41,457 nucleotides of DNA from IMG/VR virus record IMGVR_UViG_3300045988_094226, positions 1 to 41,457 of that record; one strand, given 5' to 3'. Source of the DNA: a virus. The translations under genes were made by a program, and so were the position numbers. The notes beneath the pieces were generated by a model that saw only the letters and a list, made by a program, of their open reading frames with translations, did not search any database and was not told where the DNA came from. Below are positions 1-7,295 of this stretch, piece by piece (position 1 is the first letter of the stretch; each line of letters begins with the position of its first letter).

Positions 1-55
1 AAAATTCTATGTATGATTTCATGTTCTTCTCCTCGGCTTGTCTCTTGCCTGTTTC
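1..55. repeat. Terminal direct repeat. Bases 1-55 are identical to 41403-41457, consistent with circular closure or assembly overlap of a roughly 41.4-kb element
   Basis: Exact 55-nt identity between the two window ends, read directly. The helicase start codon (41422-41424) lies inside the repeat and equals 20-22, overlapping the Rep stop (19-21) as ATGA. Confidence 0.9.
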
Positions 56-855
56 ACAGTACATTCTTTTTTCTTCTTCGGTACTCTCGACTGTGTAATC
101 GGCCATACGTTCCTTTCGTTTACTTTGTACATTCTGTAAAACTGGTAAGGGAATCCGTCTGCTGTATATCCGCTTTCTACTTTGACTATCTGGTAGCCTT
201 TTTTCGGTGTCGGATTGTCTTTCCATTTCCGGGCGTAGATGGTTACCTTTTTCACGTTTGGCTGCTTTAGATTTTTAGACGGTACCCATCGGATTTTCTG
301 TACGGCATTTTCGTTTCGGATTTCTTCATCTGTTTCTTTCACAAAATATTCCGCAAGTCTCATGCAGTCTTCTGGGTTTCCATCAAAAAACCTGAATGAT
401 CTGTAATTGAATTTTGCCCACGGCCAGCATTCATTGATTTCTGATCTTGATATTCCTCCTTCGTTAATCAGAACGTGATGATGTACTCGATGGCGGACAT
501 GTTCTGTGACGTAGATATATTTCAGTTCCGCATTTTTCTTTTTATATTTTTTGCGGAGGTCTCTGATAAATTTTCTTATTCTGTTTTTTGCTTCTTCTGC
601 TGTCGGCTCCGGATTTGCATATGTCAGGTCGATACGCAGGTCATCTCTTTTAAAATTGGTTGCTATAAGCCGGTAGAGTTTTGTTTTCGCCCGGCGGGAG
701 TTTCTTTTCTTGAGTCCCTTATCTGTTTTTTGAATATTGGGACCTCTGACTCTGTTTCCCCCTAATCTGTATGTGTGATATTTTTTCACTTCATAAATTC
801 CGGGTGCTTGAAATATTTCTTTTCGGTACGGCACTTTTTTAAATTCCTGTTCCAA
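19..855 (-). CDS. Rolling-circle replication initiator, HUH endonuclease of the pC194/pUB110 (Rep_1-like) family
   Basis: Motif I-like IDLTY, motif II HVHHHVLI (HUH) and motif III LAEYFVKE with catalytic Tyr. TTG start at 855 has a weak RBS; GTG at about 834 has AGGAA upstream. Stop overlaps the helicase ATG across the circular junction. Confidence 0.55.
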   Translation of the reverse strand: MEQEFKKVPYRKEIFQAPGIYEVKKYHTYRLGGNRVRGPNIQKTDKGLKKRNSRRAKTKLYRLIATNFKRDDLRIDLTYANPEPTAEEAKNRIRKFIRDLRKKYKKKNAELKYIYVTEHVRHRVHHHVLINEGGISRSEINECWPWAKFNYRSFRFFDGNPEDCMRLAEYFVKETDEEIRNENAVQKIRWVPSKNLKQPNVKKVTIYARKWKDNPTPKKGYQIVKVESGYTADGFPYQFYRMYKVNERNVWPITQSRVPKKKKECTVKQARDKPRRRT

Positions 856-877
856 GAATTAACTACTATATCAAGTC

Positions 878-905
878 CTCAAAAGGGGCTGAAACCCCCT
901 TTTTT
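878..905. terminator. GC hairpin GGGG-N6-CCCCC with T6 on the plus strand (T4 on the minus strand). It sits beside a minus-strand CTTGATA motif (875-869), which is the pC194-family dso nick consensus
   Basis: Sequence AAAAGGGGCTGAAACCCCCTTTTTT. On the minus strand the motif is followed 5 nt later by CTTGATA. Confidence 0.35.
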
Positions 906-906
906 C

Positions 907-935
907 TTGACATTTTGTGCCGTTTCACTTATAAT
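907..935 (+). promoter_or_regulatory. Consensus sigma-70-type promoter TTGACA-17-TATAAT pointing rightwards, antisense to the rep leader
   Basis: TTGACA at 907-912, exact 17-nt spacer, TATAAT at 930-935. Confidence 0.55.
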
Positions 936-941
936 TTATGT

Positions 942-1000
942 AGTGGTTTGGTGCTACGGCACTTCCGCTCAGAGTTCTTTTCTGGGCGGTTTTATTTTTC
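942..1000 (+). ncRNA. Candidate countertranscript (ctRNA-like antisense RNA), about 58 nt, ending in an intrinsic terminator. It is antisense to the 3' end of the Zn-ribbon gene and the rep leader region
   Basis: Promoter 907-935 upstream. Hairpin 965-989 (8 bp, one G-U pair) followed by TTTATTTTT. There is no plus-strand ORF; pT181/pUB110-type RCR plasmids regulate rep with ctRNAs. Confidence 0.4.
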
Positions 1001-1225
1001 TTCTTTTTCGTTGTTCTCTTCTTCTGGTTCTTCTGTCTTTTCCCGATATATGCATCTCTGCAAAAAGTCCAGGTAATGTTCGCATTTTCTGCAGTGTTCC
1101 TGGCATATATTAGCTTTTTCTTTTCTGCAGCATACGGTCTGGAATACTTTTGCTTTGCATACACGGCATTTTCTGTTCCGGTAAACTTCTACTATTTTCC
1201 CGCCCGCTAATTTCATGACTGCCAC
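992..1225 (-). CDS. Small Cys-rich zinc-ribbon protein (CxxC...CC...CxxHCxxC)
   Basis: ORF track, 77 aa with multiple paired Cys/His. Overlaps the upstream ORF by 13 nt. Confidence 0.45.
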   Translation of the reverse strand: MAVMKLAGGKIVEVYRNRKCRVCKAKVFQTVCCRKEKANICQEHCRKCEHYLDFLQRCIYREKTEEPEEENNEKEEK

Positions 1226-1554
1226 TCTATACTCACCCTTTCCTTTTTATCCCCACTTTGGACGCTCCAATACCCGCGGGGATTTTTTATTATCTTGAAT
1301 TTTCGTCCACCGGATGATGTATAAGTGTTGTTTTCATCCATAAAAAATACCGGCATTTCTTTCTGTGGTATCAGCCGTTCTTTATCCAGTGTTTCTTCTA
1401 TCAGCCAGCCGATAGGTTTCTTCCGGACGTTATCCCACAAAAGATATATGTCAGTACTTCGCCCACTTGGGCTTTTTCGGAATACATCCCGCTCTTTTCT
1501 TTTTGATTCTTCGTTCTTCTTCCGTTTTATAAAGTTCCTGCAGTTCCATTTCAT
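1213..1554 (-). CDS. Hypothetical protein. The 5' boundary is uncertain: it overlaps the HNH-like gene 3' end in another frame, so this is either genuine overlapping genes or one frameshifted gene
   Basis: C-terminal 90 aa look protein-like (DIYLLWDNVRKKPIGWLIEE...). ATG at 1554 is preceded by GGAG with an 8-nt spacer. Confidence 0.3.
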   Translation of the reverse strand: MKWNCRNFIKRKKNEESKRKERDVFRKSPSGRSTDIYLLWDNVRKKPIGWLIEETLDKERLIPQKEMPVFFMDENNTYTSSGGRKFKIIKNPRGYWSVQSGDKKERVSIEWQS

Positions 1555-1888
1555 GTTCTTTTCTCCATTCTTTAACCGCCTTGCAGTTAAGATATGTCCT
1601 GATTTGTTCATCCACGTACTGCTTTCTCGTGCCGGAGAGTCCGTGTGCTTTGAAACGGTGCATTTCGTATGATAAATGTATAAGATTATCTTCTTTATCC
1701 GATCCTCCGCTGCCTGCGTGTTTCGCATGATGGACTTCCCCGCGCGACGGCGGCCACTCTCCGATAATGGATTGATACGTTTCCGCCAGCTCCTCGTCCC
1801 TTTGTTTGACAAGCCGGCATAGTTTTCGGAATGCCGCTTCCGGTAGTTTGAATCTCACTTTTTTCTCCTTTTCTTTGAATATCTCCAT
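1451..1888 (-). CDS. HNH endonuclease-like protein (cysteine-less HNH variant)
   Basis: EVHHAKHAGSGGSDKEDNLIHLSYEMHRFKAH matches the HH...GG.D..NL..L(C..C)H...H HNH signature. The likely true start is GTG at about 1858, preceded by AAGGAG. Confidence 0.5.
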   Translation of the reverse strand: MEIFKEKEKKVRFKLPEAAFRKLCRLVKQRDEELAETYQSIIGEWPPSRGEVHHAKHAGSGGSDKEDNLIHLSYEMHRFKAHGLSGTRKQYVDEQIRTYLNCKAVKEWRKEHEMELQELYKTEEERRIKKKRAGCIPKKPKWAKY

Positions 1889-2009
1889 GTCTCATCGGCT
1901 CGATAAACTTTAAATGAACAGTCCCGATGGACAGGAACCATGTTTCCTTTTCCGTCTTTCGTCCACATCACATATTCAGCGGGAATTGCTTTCCTGCACT
2001 GGTGGCATA

Positions 2010-2369
2010 TCATTCTACGCTGCATATTTCCCCCGTCGGCTTCATTTCATAGATCTGCATATCCATTACATAGGCAGCGGCATATTCCTGATTGCACCCC
2101 CGGCTTTCTCTCCAGTTTCCGCAGAGGATAAGCGCGTTGCATCGCTGCAGCACTTCTAAGCAGTCTTTCATCGGCTTATGCTGATGCTCTTTGTCATACG
2201 GTGTATATCCCCAGTTGTGAAGTGGTGAAAACAACGTTTTTTCAGGGTATTTCTCCTGTAGCATTTTTAAATATGTTTGTACTTTTTCCTTGTTGCTTTC
2301 ATCGCCGCCGTAAGGATGGGCGATGTAAAGTAACTGCCCTTCTATATATGGATATTCCCTTTTCTTCAT
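2010..2369 (-). CDS. Hypothetical protein, DUF4406/nucleoside 2-deoxyribosyltransferase-like (YIAHPYGG...FSPLH)
   Basis: ORF track with start trimmed to MKKREYPY (RBS GGAGAGGAG). ATGA overlap with the upstream gene. Confidence 0.35.
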   Translation of the reverse strand: MKKREYPYIEGQLLYIAHPYGGDESNKEKVQTYLKMLQEKYPEKTLFSPLHNWGYTPYDKEHQHKPMKDCLEVLQRCNALILCGNWRESRGCNQEYAAAYVMDMQIYEMKPTGEICSVE

Positions 2370-2608
2370 GATTGCGCTCCTCTCCCTCTTCGAACAAGAA
2401 TGCACTTTTTCATTGTAGAAATGACTGTTTCCCTGACTTCCTGATCACTGCTCATCATCATCCCTATCATTCCTGCCGGGCATTTGGCACGATATAAACT
2501 ATCAACCGCCACTGCAATCGCCAGTGAAATAAACTTATCGTCATGTCCTTTTTCTGAAATGCTGAATTGTTCTAATTCATCATCTGCTCGTATCGTCAGT
2601 TCGTACAT
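2366..2608 (-). CDS. Hypothetical protein
   Basis: ORF track, 80 aa, translationally coupled to its neighbours. Confidence 0.3.
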   Translation of the reverse strand: MYELTIRADDELEQFSISEKGHDDKFISLAIAVAVDSLYRAKCPAGMIGMMMSSDQEVRETVISTMKKCILVRRGRGAQS

Positions 2609-2864
2609 GTCCTGCCGCCTTTACTTTGATAATTAATTCCTGCCCCGGCTGTACATTGCCGGGATCTTTGATATGGTTCTCTTTCAATGTGTTGTAGACC
2701 AGCTCCTGCATGTGGTCCTTATCACTAGCGACCCTTGCGCAAGCGTCCCACACACTTTCACCGCGCGCTACCGTGACTTTGTACGGTACGAGAGGTGGTT
2801 CTGGTTCGGCCGCGTATCCTGCCATGCAGACGATCGCCGTAAATACTGTTAAAAACGTACGCAT
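2580..2864 (-). CDS. Secreted LysM-like peptidoglycan-binding protein
   Basis: Signal peptide MRTFLTVFTAIVCMAGYAA, then YKVTVARGESVWDAC...GQELIIKV resembling LysM. Confidence 0.4.
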   Translation of the reverse strand: MRTFLTVFTAIVCMAGYAAEPEPPLVPYKVTVARGESVWDACARVASDKDHMQELVYNTLKENHIKDPGNVQPGQELIIKVKAAGHVRTDDTSR

Positions 2865-2943
2865 GATAACTTCTCCACGACCGCAATCATCATTGTCACG
2901 AAAACCGCCAGCCATAAATAATTTATTATCTTGTCTACCATTT

Positions 2944-3177
2944 TTACGCCCTCATCTTTCTAACTTCCGCCCGGAAATCATATCCGCTTTGTTTCATCTT
3001 CCGTTTCTGCGCATTCTCTTCCATCTTCTGCCGGATAGCCGATTCCGCATCTTCAGGGTCAAACAGATACGCTTTCCCTGACGGGATGAATGGTATCTCC
3101 CCTGTTCGGCACAGCATTCGTATCGTTGTGACCGGATATCCCGTTGCCTTGCAGAAATCCTTTGTGTTTGTAAGCAC
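2944..3177 (-). CDS. Excisionase-family HTH DNA-binding protein (Xis candidate or early regulator)
   Basis: FCKATGYPVTTIRMLCRTGEIPFIPSGKAYLF matches the excisionase/MerR-type HTH_17 pattern. Divergent from the lysogeny module. Confidence 0.45.
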   Translation of the reverse strand: MLTNTKDFCKATGYPVTTIRMLCRTGEIPFIPSGKAYLFDPEDAESAIRQKMEENAQKRKMKQSGYDFRAEVRKMRA

Positions 3178-3246
3178 GTCTTCCCTCTCTTTCTTTTTTA
3201 TTCACTTTCCTTTTGATATACTGTGTTCTGAAAGGATGTGATTTTT

Positions 3247-3684
3247 ATGCTCGAATTCAGCGATTTGACGCAATTTGACCTTAAAATCCTTGAATATGTA
3301 AAAAATAACGGATCGATTTCCGAAGAAAAAATTATTAGTCATTTCGATTCGGACCCCGACGTTACAAGCCTCCGCATTCAGGAACTTTCAAAAGTGTCTT
3401 ATAACATGAACTATCCCAATTACAAGGGACTCCGTATTCCTATTTCTGATTCCTCTTATCTTGATAAGGCGTATTCCCGTTACCATGATGAAGACGGCAT
3501 TCCTCAACTTGAATACACCGGAGTTGTTTCCATAAGCAGACGTGGTAAAAAGGCTATTCAGGACTGGAAACAAAATCATTCTTACAAAGCATGGAATAAT
3601 ATTGTTCGGTCAGATCTTGCGCTTGCTGTAGCAGTTTTATCTTTGATTTTGTCTTTTTATGCCGCTTTTTTTAAAACAGATTGA
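3247..3684 (+). CDS. Membrane-anchored winged-helix protein (N-terminal MarR-like HTH, C-terminal TM helix)
   Basis: DLKILEYVKNNGSISEEKIISHF HTH. C-terminal LALAVAVLSLILSFYAAFF TM segment. RBS AAGGA upstream of ATG 3247. Confidence 0.4.
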   Translation: MLEFSDLTQFDLKILEYVKNNGSISEEKIISHFDSDPDVTSLRIQELSKVSYNMNYPNYKGLRIPISDSSYLDKAYSRYHDEDGIPQLEYTGVVSISRRGKKAIQDWKQNHSYKAWNNIVRSDLALAVAVLSLILSFYAAFFKTD

Positions 3685-3757
3685 AAATAGCAAACACTAA
3701 CGAAATCACCGAAATAATAAAGGCTATATTCGCCAACTGTTTATCTGATACTTTCAT
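3671..3757 (-). CDS. 28-aa hydrophobic peptide MKVSDKQLANIAFIISVISLVFAIFNLF (type I toxin-like or holin-like small membrane peptide)
   Basis: RBS AGAGAGGTGAGGGA 6 nt upstream of ATG. Single TM helix. Own leftward promoter, with -10 TATAAG back-to-back with the plus-strand TATAAT. Confidence 0.35.
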   Translation of the reverse strand: MKVSDKQLANIAFIISVISLVFAIFNLF

Positions 3758-3776
3758 TCCCTCACCTCTCTTTCTT

Positions 3777-3805
3777 TTGCTTAACTCGTCACCTTCACTT
3801 ATAAT
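3777..3805 (+). promoter_or_regulatory. Promoter TTGCTT-17-TATAAT, copy 1 of a duplicated roughly 65-bp promoter/RBS cassette
   Basis: 3777-3782 and 3800-3805. The cassette (about 3767-3832) is repeated at about 4160-4228 with roughly 85% identity. Confidence 0.5.
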
Positions 3806-3829
3806 CGGTTTGAAAGGAGGTGAACCAAT

Positions 3830-4051
3830 ATGCAGTGCAAAATAAATACTCCGTTTGCAAAATCTCTGTCGGATATAAAAACAGAGATTTTGGAACAGAC
3901 AACGGATAAAATCCATACAAGACACACATATTCCAATGGCTTAGTATTGGAATATCTTGCTACCGCTGATGGCGTTTCCGTTTCTTCCAATTGGGGTTGG
4001 AAGAAAGAACCGGATGGCAGCCTTACGCCTGTTCCTGTGGTGAAATCGTAA
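3830..4051 (+). CDS. Small hypothetical protein (73 aa) driven by cassette copy 1
   Basis: ORF track. GGAGGTGA RBS 7 nt upstream. Terminator-like hairpin at 4096-4140. Confidence 0.4.
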   Translation: MQCKINTPFAKSLSDIKTEILEQTTDKIHTRHTYSNGLVLEYLATADGVSVSSNWGWKKEPDGSLTPVPVVKS

Positions 4052-4171
4052 TTTTATCTGCTCGGATGATGACTGCATCCGTAGATACGGTTACGGAAGA
4101 AGAGCCTTTTTCGATCCGATATGGGCTCTTTTTCAATTTCTTTTTTTCCATTTTTATTTCCTCTCTTTCTT

Positions 4172-4200
4172 TTGCTTAACTCATCACGCTCCTCTATAAT
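4172..4200 (+). promoter_or_regulatory. Promoter TTGCTT-17-TATAAT, copy 2 of the duplicated cassette
   Basis: 4172-4177 and 4195-4200. Identical architecture to copy 1. Confidence 0.5.
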
Positions 4201-4224
4201 TGGTTTAGAGAGGAGGTGAACCAT

Positions 4225-4434
4225 ATGACCGCTTACATAAAAGTAAAAGGGTATCAGGTTGTCAGTGTTATTAATATTGAAAAAATCGAGTATACTGATC
4301 CTATTTCCGAGTCATGTTCAGAAATTACCGACTTCAAGAAACTTCGGATTTATCCTGGATATCAATATGTTTTTGTCGGAAACGCTATCCTTCATGTCTT
4401 AGGCGAAAATATTGAATGTGTTTGGTTTGAGTAA
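4225..4434 (+). CDS. Small hypothetical protein (70 aa) driven by cassette copy 2
   Basis: ORF track trimmed to MTAYIKVKG. RBS GAGAGGAGGTGA. Confidence 0.4.
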   Translation: MTAYIKVKGYQVVSVINIEKIEYTDPISESCSEITDFKKLRIYPGYQYVFVGNAILHVLGENIECVWFE

Positions 4435-4609
4435 TTGTCATTTTTTTAGAATAAGAGTGCAGTTGCAGCTGTACTCTTTTCTTATTTCATCAATTATCTT
4501 CACTATTTCCTTGATTTCTGTTATTCGTGACAACTTGATCTCTACCTGTACTTCCAAATTTCCCATTTTCCCTCACCTCTCTTCCTTTAAAAATATATTT
4601 TGTGTCTTT

Positions 4610-4822
4610 TTAGGATACTCTTTCGCTAAAAAAAATAGCGTCTATCTCTTCCGGCTTTAATTTATACCTATCTTTTATGAAAAGTATTTCTGCCTGTCGA
4701 AAATCTGCCCCACCGTTGATTTTTAGATTTAATCGAGATAGGCTTATCCCTAACGCATTCGCTAAATCTTTTTGACTATCTCCATATTTCATCATTTCTG
4801 CCCTCATCAATGGTTTATTCAT
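4610..4822 (-). CDS. Cro-like XRE-family HTH regulator
   Basis: SQKDLANALGISLSRLNLKINGG HTH. Divergent from the repressor. RBS GAGGTGA. Confidence 0.6.
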   Translation of the reverse strand: MNKPLMRAEMMKYGDSQKDLANALGISLSRLNLKINGGADFRQAEILFIKDRYKLKPEEIDAIFFSERVS

Positions 4823-4947
4823 TTTTTCACCTCGCTTTCTTTCAGTGTCTTTTCAGGACACCTTGATTGTATATCCGTTTTTGTGTCTTGTCAAGATACT
4901 TTTTCTTGTTTTCAAAAATTTTTATGGTATAATCAAGACACGAAAGG
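4823..4947. promoter_or_regulatory. Divergent cI/cro-type switch region with operators
   Basis: Perfect palindrome TCTTGTCAAGA at 4886-4896 and half-site TCAAGACAC at 4934-4942. Extended -10 TGgTATAAT at 4925-4933 for the repressor. Confidence 0.5.
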
Positions 4948-5406
4948 ATGGTTACGCATATGGAATTTAAAGATATCCTTTATACTTTAAGAAAAAAGAA
5001 TAAACTAACGCAGCAGGAAGTTGCAGAATATGTAGGGTTGCAAAAAGCAGCTATATACAAATATGAACACGGCTTGCTTGTTAATCCCAAACGATCATTG
5101 ATTTCAAAATTGGCTAAGTTATTTCAAGTTACCCCATCGTATATGATGGGATTAACCGATGATGATAAGTCTGCTCATGTGTCTCTTGGTCCATCCCTTA
5201 CCAAAAAGGACGAAAAAGACATCCAAAAAAGACTATCCGATATCTTAAATGATATGGACAGTCAGGATGCTATCGCCATGTATAACGGCGGAGAACCGAT
5301 GGATCCGGAAACACGGGAATACATGAAAGCATCTCTTGAAAATGCTCTCCGCTTTGCAAAATTAAAAGCAAAAGAAAAATTTACACCAAAAAAACACCGC
5401 AAATAA
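4948..5406 (+). CDS. XRE-family repressor (cI/ImmR-like, no S24 peptidase domain)
   Basis: KLTQQEVAEYVGLQKAAIYKYEHG HTH. Followed by an ImmA-type protease, as in ImmR/ImmA systems. Confidence 0.7.
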   Translation: MVTHMEFKDILYTLRKKNKLTQQEVAEYVGLQKAAIYKYEHGLLVNPKRSLISKLAKLFQVTPSYMMGLTDDDKSAHVSLGPSLTKKDEKDIQKRLSDILNDMDSQDAIAMYNGGEPMDPETREYMKASLENALRFAKLKAKEKFTPKKHRK

Positions 5407-5417
5407 AGGAATGTATT

Positions 5418-5861
5418 ATGGACATAAAGAAATTCGCGAATAAACTTGCCGCTGCTCACGATACAAGAAACCCTTTTCGTATAGCATCTGAAAACCATAT
5501 CCATATCTTATATGAAGAATTAGGTGAAAATTTAGGGTATTTCAGTCAGCTGTTTCGTATTAAAACGATACGGATAAATGGTCATGCCGATCCTTTTCTC
5601 TATCCGTTTATCTGTGCTCACGAACTCGGTCATGCGCTGCTTCATCCGCATGCCGGCACTCATGCTTTCAATAGAAATTCTTTTATTGCTAATTGCAAAA
5701 TTGAAAAAGAAGCGAATCAATTTGCCGTAGAATTGCTATTCCCTGATGAGTTGATAGCTGGTCATCCGGAAATAGACATTTATAATCTGGCGCGGACATT
5801 CGGTATTCCATATCAACTGGTTTATCTTAAGTCCATTTCTTACAGAGCACGTCATTTATAA
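5418..5861 (+). CDS. ImmA/IrrE-family zinc metallopeptidase (anti-repressor protease)
   Basis: HELGHALLH HEXXH motif. Gene order repressor then protease. Confidence 0.7.
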   Translation: MDIKKFANKLAAAHDTRNPFRIASENHIHILYEELGENLGYFSQLFRIKTIRINGHADPFLYPFICAHELGHALLHPHAGTHAFNRNSFIANCKIEKEANQFAVELLFPDELIAGHPEIDIYNLARTFGIPYQLVYLKSISYRARHL

Positions 5862-5875
5862 AAAGGGGATTAATT

Positions 5876-6532
5876 ATGAAAAGGTTCTTGGCTGGTGTGT
5901 TTGTAATATCTGTTATTCTTTTATCCGGATGTGGGGGTGCAGGTAACAGCAGTAATAAAAACAGTAAATCTGTCACTTATTCCACAGAACAGAAATTTGC
6001 AGCGAACACCGAAATCTTGAATATTCTTCCTACAATGAGAAAAACCCATGATGATGTTGACAAAATGGACATATATACCAGTTTGGCAACTGAATCATAC
6101 CCTCCCCAAGATGGTCTATATTGGAAATTAATTGTAAATAAAGGCTATGTCTTCGAATATTTTACAATCGTTAATTTTACAAGTGGTATTGAATGGGTAT
6201 TTTGGGATGATGTCGTTTTTTCCACAAATGAAGGGAATTGGACATATCACATCGGGTCTTTTGCCGGACAGTCAGGAAATGGGAAACGCACTCAAATAGT
6301 TATGGGCGGTAAGTATGAATTTTTAAATGTCTCTATTGATAAAATTGCTCCAGGCTTGGAAAAATTGATAAAAGGAACTAACCCGATTATTCGTTTAAGA
6401 GGTAAGGAATTTGTTTATGACATTAAACTCACGGATAATGATATGAATATAATAAATACTGCTATGTATACCTATGAACAATTAAAAATTACAGGAAACA
6501 AGATTTCTTTTGATAATACTGAAAAGAATTAA
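5876..6532 (+). CDS. Lipoprotein (candidate superinfection-exclusion protein)
   Basis: Signal peptide with lipobox LLSGC. Sits in the lysogeny module between ImmA and int. Confidence 0.55.
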   Translation: MKRFLAGVFVISVILLSGCGGAGNSSNKNSKSVTYSTEQKFAANTEILNILPTMRKTHDDVDKMDIYTSLATESYPPQDGLYWKLIVNKGYVFEYFTIVNFTSGIEWVFWDDVVFSTNEGNWTYHIGSFAGQSGNGKRTQIVMGGKYEFLNVSIDKIAPGLEKLIKGTNPIIRLRGKEFVYDIKLTDNDMNIINTAMYTYEQLKITGNKISFDNTEKN

Positions 6533-6552
6533 TTGGTAATCGGAGGGATACT

Positions 6553-7257
6553 ATGGACTTTAAAGATCCTAAAAACAAAGTATACTTACAAAAAGCCATT
6601 TCATCTCTGTCAAAAGACTATTCCAACATGTTAATTTCAATGACAAATCAAGATGATTCTAATTACAAGAGGGCAGCTCTTCTTTACTACTGGCTACGCG
6701 ACTATAGGAACTATGTCAAAAATGAACCAAAATTCAATTCTGTTTATACCCCGCCTTTCCGACGTGGGAACATAGCAAATATTAATTTCGGCTTTAATTT
6801 GGGCAGCGAACTCGGCGGACTGCACTATGCAATAGTTATTTCTGACAGTAGACCTACCAATCCCATGCTGATAGTCGCTCCTATGACTTCATTTAAACCA
6901 AGCCACCAATTAAATGATTGTGAAATATTTATAGACAACCAACTATTTTTACAATTGAAAGGGAAACAAGATGCCCTTGTACAAACATTAAAACATCAGC
7001 GTGCTACTTCCATCGATAGTGAATCGGATGATATCAATTCCAAATTAGATCAACTCCAAAAAATAAAAAAACAAATTCAAAAACTGAAAAATGGAAGTAT
7101 AATCAATATCAGTCAAATTTGTGCAATAAGTAAAATGCGGGTGATTGATCCGCAAAGTCCCCTTGATGTATTTTATAATATTTCAGTTTCATCTGACGTA
7201 TTAGATAAAATAGACAATAAAATAAAACAGTTTTTTATGAATCCTAACAAACCTTGA
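6553..7257 (+). CDS. Extended PemK/MazF-fold protein (234 aa) with a 65-aa N-terminal extension and a roughly 55-aa coiled-coil insertion. No adjacent antitoxin
   Basis: FRRGNIANINFGFNLGSELGGLHYAIVISDSRPTNPMLIVAPMTS matches the MazF/PemK core (rGdi..v.f....GsE..g.RPalV.s.......v.v.P.Ts). Confidence 0.5.
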   Translation: MDFKDPKNKVYLQKAISSLSKDYSNMLISMTNQDDSNYKRAALLYYWLRDYRNYVKNEPKFNSVYTPPFRRGNIANINFGFNLGSELGGLHYAIVISDSRPTNPMLIVAPMTSFKPSHQLNDCEIFIDNQLFLQLKGKQDALVQTLKHQRATSIDSESDDINSKLDQLQKIKKQIQKLKNGSIINISQICAISKMRVIDPQSPLDVFYNISVSSDVLDKIDNKIKQFFMNPNKP

Positions 7258-7260
7258 CAT

Positions 7261-7289
7261 TTGACATGAATCTTCGCTTCTGATACAAT
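7261..7289 (+). promoter_or_regulatory. Consensus promoter TTGACA-17-TACAAT
   Basis: 7261-7266 and 7284-7289, exact 17-nt spacer. Confidence 0.5.
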
Positions 7290-7295
7290 GTGGTC

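Noticed and set aside
1225-1330. Perfect palindrome CCCGCGGG followed by a T-run (about 1274-1290), as a terminator
   Set aside because: Stem with no loop and a T-tract on the wrong strand for the minus-strand genes. It lies inside the 5' UTR/RBS region of the Zn-ribbon gene and is probably incidental.
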